The notes under the pieces were generated by a model. The model saw only the letters and a list, made by a program, of their open reading frames with translations. It was not told the origin of the DNA and searched no databases. A program made the translations under genes and the position numbers. From positions 1 through 33,442 of the IMG/VR virus record IMGVR_UViG_3300033067_000585: a stretch of DNA of 33,442 bases; one strand, written 5' to 3'. Shown here one piece after another: positions 1 to 6,687 of this stretch; the stretch's first letter is position 1, and every line of letters starts with the position of its first letter. Source of the DNA: a virus. Lineage: Duplodnaviria > Caudoviricetes.

Positions 1-80
1 TCATTTGCGTAACTAATTAAAAAATCATTATTTCCAAAATCATTATTTAATTTATCTGCTAACCATTCTACTGCTGTCAT
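1..80 (-). CDS. 5' part of a small phage protein (MTAVEWL... family) that wraps across the window ends and continues at 33442
   Basis: ATG at 80 reads MTAVEWLADKLNNDFGNNDFLISYAN, then GA joins the base at 33442 to give GAA in frame; not in the ORF track. Confidence 0.8.
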   Translation of the reverse strand, partial: MTAVEWLADKLNNDFGNNDFLISYAN

Positions 81-93
81 ATCTTATTTGTTT

Positions 94-324
94 TTAAATT
101 GATTCTATTTTTTCAGCTCCTTCTTGATACATAGGTGAAGATACTATCACGTGTATTTGGTCTTTTCCTAAATCACCGTCGCAATGCGGGCAACATTTAT
201 TTTCTAACATTTCAATAATAACTTGATGCGCATTTGATTCGCCAATTATTTTTGCTGGTTTGCGTCTCCATAATAAGTACTGACCTAATTTACCTGTTTT
301 CATATTAATTCCATTTAGTTTCAT
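94..324 (-). CDS. hypothetical protein with CxxC (CPHC); start may be ATG 303
   Basis: ORF track; co-oriented with neighbouring early genes. Confidence 0.65.
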   Translation of the reverse strand: MKLNGINMKTGKLGQYLLWRRKPAKIIGESNAHQVIIEMLENKCCPHCDGDLGKDQIHVIVSSPMYQEGAEKIESI

Positions 325-401
325 CAGGGGCGCAACTTACACCCCCGAATAATTTATTGCTAATTATTTCAAATAAATTTCCTATTCTAATTGCTAGTAA
401 C

Positions 402-542
402 TCAATCGATAATCTCATGCTCGTGGATTTTAAATGATTCGATAAATATACTCAATATTTTAATTTCGTCTAAGGTTAAGTCCTTGAATATTTTTCCGTT
501 CACGGTCCAGCGACCATTTTGAATTTTGATTTTAAATTTCAT
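402..542 (-). CDS. small hypothetical protein, 46 aa (MKFKIKIQNGRWTVNGK...)
   Basis: Read manually: ATG at 542, TGA at 402-404, starts 3 nt after the upstream stop. Confidence 0.65.
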   Translation of the reverse strand: MKFKIKIQNGRWTVNGKIFKDLTLDEIKILSIFIESFKIHEHEIID

Positions 543-545
543 AAT

Positions 546-980
546 TTAGTTTTTTAAGTGGGCTTTGCCTATTTGATAATATTTCTGATATGCTTCGATT
601 GTATTTGACGATTTATATTCGTCTGGCATACATTGCGGTGGGTCTGTAAATTCGAACCTTGTAACTTTATACGGAGCGGAAGCGAGAATTTCTTTGCACT
701 TTTCTATCGTTAAATGATTCCTTCCGTATCGCTTCGTGTATTCATCGCCTAGTGCGAGCATGTAATTATAGCACCACATGTAATTTGCTACCGAAGAACG
801 AACCCAGACTGCCGACGGATGATTCATATGTGTCTTTTTATACGGAACGTTTCCATCGCCTTCGATATGATGAGCCGTACATAAAAGCTGTGCTGCTTCT
901 AAAACCATCTTCACGACGTGTTTATTGTAATGCTGCTCTGCTGCTTTTACGGGATCTGAATGTAGATAAAATATGTTCAT
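546..980 (-). CDS. pyrimidine dimer DNA glycosylase / endonuclease V-like family protein
   Basis: MNIFYL..DP..AA..H..KHVVKMVLEAAQLLCTAH, YKKTHMNHPSAVWVR and PPQCMPDEYK motifs typical of this phage family. Confidence 0.8.
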   Translation of the reverse strand: MNIFYLHSDPVKAAEQHYNKHVVKMVLEAAQLLCTAHHIEGDGNVPYKKTHMNHPSAVWVRSSVANYMWCYNYMLALGDEYTKRYGRNHLTIEKCKEILASAPYKVTRFEFTDPPQCMPDEYKSSNTIEAYQKYYQIGKAHLKN

Positions 981-1279
981 TACAAATCCTGTATTAATTT
1001 AGCTAGTAATTTCTTTTTCTGACTCCACTCGATTCGTTCGTCTGAGCTAATCTGTCCGAACGTGCCTAGATCTGATTCGATTTGACAAATACGTTTATAA
1101 GTCTTGTCGATTAAAATCGCTCGCATTTTTAGCGAATCGACTAAAGCCGTCAATTGGTCGTCGTTGAAATTATCAGAAACGTACTCTTCAAGAATTTCGA
1201 TTTCTGTTCTTTCGTCAATAGTAGGTTTTTCTAATTTATCGAAGTAACCTGGTTCGTTGTTGTAGGTATCTATTGCCAT
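980..1279 (-). CDS. hypothetical protein
   Basis: ORF track; TAATG overlaps with both neighbours. Confidence 0.75.
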   Translation of the reverse strand: MAIDTYNNEPGYFDKLEKPTIDERTEIEILEEYVSDNFNDDQLTALVDSLKMRAILIDKTYKRICQIESDLGTFGQISSDERIEWSQKKKLLAKLIQDL

Positions 1280-1530
1280 TATGATAATATTTTTTCAAGG
1301 TCGTTAATACTAATTCTTTCTAAATTTTTAATTAAAAAGTCGATTTTAATCTGGTCGATTAAACAAAGATTTTTAGGCTTTTCGATTTCGAATAAATCAT
1401 TTGCCCAGTCTTCGATTTCTTTTTTATTTCTTTTAGATTCGTATCTTTCAGAAACTTCGTCAAGTAATTCATCCAAATCGAATTCGTCTAAATCTACATC
1501 GACGTCTACATTTACGCTTACATATGCCAT
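1279..1530 (-). CDS. acidic hypothetical protein
   Basis: ORF track; D/E-rich N-terminus (VDVDLDEFDLDELLDE); stop overlaps the next start. Confidence 0.75.
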   Translation of the reverse strand: MAYVSVNVDVDVDLDEFDLDELLDEVSERYESKRNKKEIEDWANDLFEIEKPKNLCLIDQIKIDFLIKNLERISINDLEKILS

Positions 1531-1534
1531 GGTT

Positions 1535-1627
1535 CTAATATCTAAAAATTATTTGTAATAAAAAATACATTGCCGCAAAAAATGCGAATGCGATTTGGTA
1601 CTCTGATTTTTGAAGGAATTTTTTCAT
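1535..1627 (-). CDS. small predicted membrane peptide, 30 aa (MKKFLQKSEYQIAFAFFAAMYFLLQIIFRY)
   Basis: Read manually; fills the gap between two genes; single hydrophobic helix. Confidence 0.6.
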   Translation of the reverse strand: MKKFLQKSEYQIAFAFFAAMYFLLQIIFRY

Positions 1628-1631
1628 GATA

Positions 1632-1844
1632 CTAAAATGTTAAAGTGATATTAATTCCGTTTTTACTTCCAGTAAGCCAATTGTTTGAACTTACAAATTG
1701 CAACTCTACAAATTCTTTGCATTTTTCAATTGTTTCTTCAGTTGCTTTTCCTTGTAGGTCGATTCCTGATTCTCTTACACTTATTACATAAAATAAATCT
1801 AAATCAAGCCCTAGTTCCGATAATCTTGTAAAATTTTTTTTCAT
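1632..1844 (-). CDS. hypothetical protein (likely start ATG 1844, MKKNFTRL)
   Basis: The ORF-track start at 1877 lies inside the -7 promoter box, so the downstream ATG is preferred. Confidence 0.65.
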   Translation of the reverse strand: MKKNFTRLSELGLDLDLFYVISVRESGIDLQGKATEETIEKCKEFVELQFVSSNNWLTGSKNGINITLTF

Positions 1845-1874
1845 GGTTTCTATTTTTTTAATTGTTTGATGGGA

Positions 1875-1917
1875 CAAATATAAAACATATATTTCAATAA
1901 AAAAAACTTTTGTTTAA
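1875..1917 (-). promoter_or_regulatory. early promoter: -7 box TATATTTG (1875-1882) plus 25-bp upstream element (1893-1917)
   Basis: Matches the Bacteroidota TAnnTTTG consensus; upstream 25-mer is identical to 6438-6462. Confidence 0.75.
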
Positions 1918-2064
1918 TTATTTTAAATATGGCTCAACTTTATTAAAATCGTAAACCTCTCGAATATTAGTTTCAATCCATAGAATCTCAATCATCCAAG
2001 CGTTTTCGTAATAGATTGCCCATAGTCTAAATTCCTTTCCGTTTTTAGCGAAGTAAGTTTTCAA
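1918..2064 (-). CDS. small hypothetical protein, 48 aa (MKTYFAKNGKEFRLWAIYY...)
   Basis: Read manually: TTG at 2064 overlapping the VRR-NUC end, TAA at 1918-1920. Confidence 0.5.
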   Translation of the reverse strand: MKTYFAKNGKEFRLWAIYYENAWMIEILWIETNIREVYDFNKVEPYLK

Positions 2065-2350
2065 AGTCTTGTATGGTTTTAATTACGTAATACTCATATC
2101 CAAGTTCCTGGACTGCTTCTTGGAAAGCGACTTGGATTTCTTGCTGATTATTTTTTCCGACTTTAAACTCACAGAAAACGATTCTGCCTTTAAATAAAAG
2201 AATCGTATCGGAGCAACCTAAACAAACGGGCACGTCTTTTCTTTTACGTGCCAGCTCATTCGGTACTGGGATAATGATTCCTAATCCTTTTCTTGTTATA
2301 TTATTTCTGAAAAAAGCTATGCAGCTGATTTGTAGTTGATGCTCTGTCAT
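2045..2350 (-). CDS. VRR-NUC domain nuclease (possible Holliday junction resolvase)
   Basis: EHQLQ..., G.SD....., FCEFK....Q...Q PD-(D/E)xK pattern. Confidence 0.85.
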   Translation of the reverse strand: MTEHQLQISCIAFFRNNITRKGLGIIIPVPNELARKRKDVPVCLGCSDTILLFKGRIVFCEFKVGKNNQQEIQVAFQEAVQELGYEYYVIKTIQDFENLLR

Positions 2351-2352
2351 AA

Positions 2353-4701
2353 TTAAAATGGAATATCTGATTCGACTTCTGTTTTTTCTTCTGTAACGTA
2401 TTCGATAAATCTCATCGTATGGTTTCTGCCTTGATTAAATTCGATTTTGTAATATTTTCCAAAACCTTCTAGCCATTGAGTAAATTTCTTTTGCGATAGC
2501 CATTTCTTGTAGTCTTGATATTCGTTGCAGAATTTAGTAAACAGCTCCGCTTTATCAAGTCTGATATTCATCGGCATATTCTCGGTGTCCTGACTCCATT
2601 CGTAAAATTCGAATGACGTTTCTTTGATGAACTTTCTTACTTCTAAATTATTAAAGTCGTGTTTTACTAGTCCGTTTTTAAGATAATACTGAACGCAGTT
2701 AATCATGAAGTTATCGAACTTCAACCATTCGGATTCGGACCAGTCCGAGAATAACATATGCCCGAACTCGTCAAGCGGTGTATGCTTGTAGCTAAAATAT
2801 GAGCTCATCTCTATCTCGAATTTTCTTCGCTCGAAAGAACCACCTACACCACCTAGAGTATAATTTGTAGTGATTAGAATCTTTGGCGATTTTTCTACTG
2901 GGAGCGTAATTGGTGTCTGCCCTTTATACGTGATAATGATTCCTTCGGTAATTAATGAGAATAAATCCTCAAATTTAAAATTCTTTTTCACGTCGTCGAA
3001 TACAAGTAATTGAGTATCGGGTGTCGCTATCTGATATGCGAAATCGGAATCGGGTTTAAATTGTTTTCCGTCGATTCGAGAAACCTTGCGCATATTTTTT
3101 AAAGCGTTCCAAAATAATCCCTTCCCCGAACCACCGTTTGGATTCTCAGAGATTGTCTCATCGTTAAATACGATTGCCTTGTTATTCGCTGAAGTTTTAA
3201 AAGAATGAAGCAGGTAACCAATTACTGATTTAAAAGAATTGTACTTTAATACGTCTTGCCCCGAAATTAACCAAATAAACTTTCTGAATTCGGCTTCGTG
3301 ATGGTCTGCCGTTTGAAATTCTCTATTGATGATTTGTTTCTTCCATACTAGCCCGTCAACATCAATGTAGTCAATAGTTTTTACTGAATCCTTCTTAATA
3401 TTAACGACGCAGTTTTTATAATAAAGGAAGCAGTCTGAAGCAGTGTCTTCTTTTATTTTTACTTCAGTAGTCGATAGCATCGAAAGAAACTCTTGTTTAA
3501 AGTAACCAGTATTTGAAGCCATAAAATCATATGGGCCATATCCGATATTATCACGACCAAGTATGTTTCCCAAGACGTAATCCTTGATAAGTTTATCGCT
3601 TGTCTCCTCAATCATATTCTGTTCCTTCTTGATAAAAGTAAACGTGTTTGAGTTTTCGCTCGGGTAGTATTTAAAGAAATTGTTTTGCTCTAGCCAGAAT
3701 TTGAATTTATGCGTCGATAGCATAATTTTTCCTTTATCGGTATAGTACCAAAACTCATCGACATCGATATTCTCTTTCAGCAAAGAAATATCAATTCCAT
3801 CGAATTGTTCTTCGAGTTCCTTTTTAGTCTTTCCAGAACGAATCAGTTTTTCGATTTTCTCTTTCTTTACGTTATCCTCAAAATGTTTTGTTCCTGGCGG
3901 TGTATTCTTTTTATAAGACGATTTCACTATCGATGAAATTTCTTTATCCTTTCCACCAGAATCGAATTTTAAACATTCGTGAAGTGCGTCATCTTTCGAG
4001 ATTCCGAAATCATAGAAAGCAGATGCCAAAATATAAAGATTCGTGTTCTTTTTTCCTATCGTCATTCCATATTTCTTTTCCCACCAAACTAGTAACTTTT
4101 CGATAATTTGATTATCTGAAGTCATTCTAACAATCGGTTCTGTAGTTCCTACGTTTTCGATGTTAGGTTCTTCCATTTCAATCCATACGGATGAATCAGG
4201 ATTTACATACATATCTGGGTCATAAGATTCGAAGCAGAATCGAGAAACATCCGAGCCTGACTTGTCCCAACTAGAATGGTCGAAATGCTTTTCTAAAGCC
4301 TCGAAATATGCTCGATGATTTGCTGGCACCGCTGGTATTTTTACTAGAACTTTTATGCCTTTACCAGACGGAGAAATCCAAGCTGCGTAAACGTACTCAT
4401 CTGAGCTGATTGAATCTCTCAACTCGATAGCTTCCTCGATAGAATTTAATTTATCGAAATCTAATGTAATAAATCCCGAATGTTGAATTAATCCAGAAGC
4501 AGAACGGGTTTTAAATTTACCATTAAAACAAGTTCCTGGAAGTTGAGATTTATTCTTTCCATAATCCTCATCGCTCATAGATCTGAGTTGTTCGATAAAG
4601 TCTTTAGAATTCCCGTTTCTAATCCTATTTAAAACATATTCTATCGGTTTATGAAAAGGATTATTTGGGTCTTTTACGGATTTAAAAATTGATACTGTCA
4701 T
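2353..4701 (-). CDS. primase-helicase (VirE-N/BT4734-like primase, PriCT, SF3-type ATPase)
   Basis: KSQLP..F.G.F, HSGFITLDFD, WISPSGKGIKVLV, DKSGSDVSRFCFESYDP; Walker A GGSGKG, Walker B LLVFDD, ITTN. Confidence 0.9.
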   Translation of the reverse strand: MTVSIFKSVKDPNNPFHKPIEYVLNRIRNGNSKDFIEQLRSMSDEDYGKNKSQLPGTCFNGKFKTRSASGLIQHSGFITLDFDKLNSIEEAIELRDSISSDEYVYAAWISPSGKGIKVLVKIPAVPANHRAYFEALEKHFDHSSWDKSGSDVSRFCFESYDPDMYVNPDSSVWIEMEEPNIENVGTTEPIVRMTSDNQIIEKLLVWWEKKYGMTIGKKNTNLYILASAFYDFGISKDDALHECLKFDSGGKDKEISSIVKSSYKKNTPPGTKHFEDNVKKEKIEKLIRSGKTKKELEEQFDGIDISLLKENIDVDEFWYYTDKGKIMLSTHKFKFWLEQNNFFKYYPSENSNTFTFIKKEQNMIEETSDKLIKDYVLGNILGRDNIGYGPYDFMASNTGYFKQEFLSMLSTTEVKIKEDTASDCFLYYKNCVVNIKKDSVKTIDYIDVDGLVWKKQIINREFQTADHHEAEFRKFIWLISGQDVLKYNSFKSVIGYLLHSFKTSANNKAIVFNDETISENPNGGSGKGLFWNALKNMRKVSRIDGKQFKPDSDFAYQIATPDTQLLVFDDVKKNFKFEDLFSLITEGIIITYKGQTPITLPVEKSPKILITTNYTLGGVGGSFERRKFEIEMSSYFSYKHTPLDEFGHMLFSDWSESEWLKFDNFMINCVQYYLKNGLVKHDFNNLEVRKFIKETSFEFYEWSQDTENMPMNIRLDKAELFTKFCNEYQDYKKWLSQKKFTQWLEGFGKYYKIEFNQGRNHTMRFIEYVTEEKTEVESDIPF

Positions 4702-4716
4702 ATTTTTTTAAGAAGT

Positions 4717-4797
4717 AAAGCCCCCGAGATAGTCCAGTGGTAGGTGGTACTATTTCAGAGGCTTTGAATTTTTTAATTATTGGCTACCACTCCAATA
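4717..4797 (-). ncRNA. putative structured 5' leader: two hairpins with complementary loops (kissing loop or pseudoknot)
   Basis: Hairpin 1 TATTGG-AGTGGTAG-CCAATA; hairpin 2 has a 17-bp stem (2 G-U, 1 mismatch) with a loop containing CTACCACT. Confidence 0.65.
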
Positions 4798-4803
4798 GTT
4801 TTA

Positions 4804-4811
4804 CAAATATA
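4804..4811 (-). promoter_or_regulatory. -7 promoter box TATATTTG upstream of the primase leader
   Basis: Exact TAnnTTTG match in intergenic DNA, 6 nt before hairpin 1. Confidence 0.7.
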
Positions 4812-4817
4812 TAAACT

Positions 4818-5738
4818 TTATTCGAGATATTTCAAAATCATTCCATAATTATTTACACCCTCTTTAATTTGATAATCTTTTTTTAAGATTAATTTGTTCT
4901 TTTTAAACGGCTTGTAATTAACTGTGTGATGAACTCGATTGAATTTGTGTACTATTTTACTCAGATCTGGGTAAACGTCCACGAGCATCTTTGATTTTAA
5001 GTATGTCCCGTCTTTCTGATACTTTAATCCGTCTATTTTTTCGCCTTCGACGTGATAGAACTCATCTGTATTTCCACCTTTTTGTTTCTGCGTTTCCATT
5101 TTATCTTGAAGAAAGGCATTAAACTGAATAGTGCAAAGCCCTGCAGATAGAATATCAAGACTGATTATAGTGTCCTCGTTGTAACGACCTCGCCATCTGA
5201 ATTTAATATCGTTTCTGATTAGATTACAACTATAAATTCTTGTGTTAGTAACAAAAGCAGGTTGCTTTGTTTTTCTAGGCGCAAAAAAGAAGTAATTGGG
5301 CCCAGCCATTACCACGTTTTCGTATCTGTCGCAAAAATCCTCCATAGCTTTCCATATCGAGTTACTAATTACTGGTAACTTTAGATTTTTATTCAATCGA
5401 TAAAAACCTCGAATATTATCATCCATAACCCAATGCCAAAGATGTCCGTTTGCTTTCGAATGTTCTAGTGCGTAATTTCTAGCTGGTCCTGGCCCAGTAC
5501 TTTTAGTCAATCCTAATTCGTCGCAAGTTTCGTAATTTTCTTTGTATCGCATATCGAGTTCAACGATATTAGCCAATAGATTGTTTTCATCTATTGCTTT
5601 TTGATACAGCTCTACTTCCGAAGGCTCAACGACTATATTATGAGATATTCCCATTTTCGTCAAAGCCTTACTAGTAGTCATGTACATATGCCTTCCCTTG
5701 GAGACAATGTAGAATGGGTGTTTCGGATAATTATTCAT
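4818..5738 (-). CDS. TET-associated (TAGT/GREB1-like) GT-A glycosyltransferase
   Basis: PFYIVSKGR, IVVEPSE...Y, GPGPARN, HWVMDDNI, TRIYSCNLI, RWRGRYNEDT, GGNTDE, RVHHTVNY motifs. Confidence 0.85.
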   Translation of the reverse strand: MNNYPKHPFYIVSKGRHMYMTTSKALTKMGISHNIVVEPSEVELYQKAIDENNLLANIVELDMRYKENYETCDELGLTKSTGPGPARNYALEHSKANGHLWHWVMDDNIRGFYRLNKNLKLPVISNSIWKAMEDFCDRYENVVMAGPNYFFFAPRKTKQPAFVTNTRIYSCNLIRNDIKFRWRGRYNEDTIISLDILSAGLCTIQFNAFLQDKMETQKQKGGNTDEFYHVEGEKIDGLKYQKDGTYLKSKMLVDVYPDLSKIVHKFNRVHHTVNYKPFKKNKLILKKDYQIKEGVNNYGMILKYLE

Positions 5739-5991
5739 TTATGTATAATTTATCAACGATTCTGTCAATCTCTGCTTTCGGGAACCAGATCGATTGAGTT
5801 TTATAAGTGATTTTCTGGTCTACTAGTTTCGAGAAAGTATCTCTGTCCTCTTTATTCCTAAAGTGAACAATAATCGATTTCTCACTAGTTAAGTCTTTTT
5901 GAATAAACTCTGGCATGTCTTGCCAATGTTCTTTCCATTCTTCTTCAATTCCTAGAATGTCGAAGATGTCCATTTGATTATCTGCATCCAT
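5731..5991 (-). CDS. small conserved partner of TAGT-type glycosyltransferases
   Basis: WQDMPEFIQ.D....IIVHFRN.ED...F..LV.QKIT.KT.SIWFP, a module I recall next to or fused with TAGT; overlaps the TAGT start. Confidence 0.7.
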   Translation of the reverse strand: MDADNQMDIFDILGIEEEWKEHWQDMPEFIQKDLTSEKSIIVHFRNKEDRDTFSKLVDQKITYKTQSIWFPKAEIDRIVDKLYINE

Positions 5992-5993
5992 AT

Positions 5994-6209
5994 TTATAAA
6001 ATTATTTTACCACTTAATGGGTACGTGAAATAATAAAATTCACTACCTTTTTTAATTACTTTTTTACTCTCTAAAATTATGTTTTCTTCGGCTACTCCTG
6101 TAACTTTAGAATAATAACCGATTTTGCCTTCGTAATCCTCTAAACGAATCGTGCCGATAAATTTACCTTTTACGAAATACTCTCTGAAAAATCCTAAATG
6201 TTCGAACAT
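5994..6209 (-). CDS. hypothetical protein
   Basis: ORF track; TAATG coupling to the upstream gene. Confidence 0.7.
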   Translation of the reverse strand: MFEHLGFFREYFVKGKFIGTIRLEDYEGKIGYYSKVTGVAEENIILESKKVIKKGSEFYYFTYPLSGKIIL

Positions 6210-6394
6210 TATTTCTGTACTTTAAAGTTTAAAACTCGAGCCACGTAATTGATATGCTTTGTAGTCGTCTGACTATATTTTCCGTTTGGAATTATTACTT
6301 CCTTTTCGAAATCTATTTCGGCTACTAAAGTATTATAACTAAATATTGATTTTAGTTCTACTTTTAAATTTTGGTTGTACTTTTCTAGTTTCAT
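6209..6394 (-). CDS. small conserved phage protein (FSYNTLVA...YSQTTTKH motif)
   Basis: ORF track; first gene after the promoter at 6421-6428. Confidence 0.75.
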   Translation of the reverse strand: MKLEKYNQNLKVELKSIFSYNTLVAEIDFEKEVIIPNGKYSQTTTKHINYVARVLNFKVQK

Positions 6395-6420
6395 GTCTTA
6401 TGTTTTTCTGATTTATTTTT

Positions 6421-6462
6421 CAAAGATAAACAAACAATTCAATAAAAAAAACTTTTGTTTAA
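6421..6462 (-). promoter_or_regulatory. early promoter: -7 box TATCTTTG (6421-6428) plus 25-bp upstream element (6438-6462)
   Basis: TAnnTTTG match; 25-mer identical to 1893-1917. Confidence 0.75.
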
Positions 6463-6479
6463 AAAATGTACTATGTGTT

Positions 6480-6650
6480 TTATCTGTTTTTGGATATGAC
6501 ACGCTCGGAAACCTTGCTATCATTATCCGCAACGCTGTTTCGTGTCATATGTTAATTTTTTTTAGTATGTAGTTCAAAAAAAAAATTATCTGTTTTCATT
6601 TTTTTTGCAAACGGGAACTTGTATTTTTTTTGTTCGATACGACACGAAAA
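6480..6650. repeat. candidate replication origin with GACACG repeats and A/T tracts
   Basis: ATATGACACG (6494-6503) inverted to CGTGTCATAT (6541-6550); third copy ATACGACACG (6637-6646); TTATCTGTTTT twice (6480-6490, 6586-6596); longest non-coding gap. Confidence 0.5.
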
Positions 6651-6687
6651 ATAGTTAAACGTCTATAAAATAAGCATTTAACTTTTT

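Noticed and set aside
296-352. Possible hammerhead ribozyme: GC-rich hairpin followed by CTGATGA...GAAA on the minus strand
   Set aside because: The segment between CTGATGA and GAAA forms no stem II, and no NUH triplet abuts stem I in the good register. Only a plain hairpin (about 324-348) is supported.
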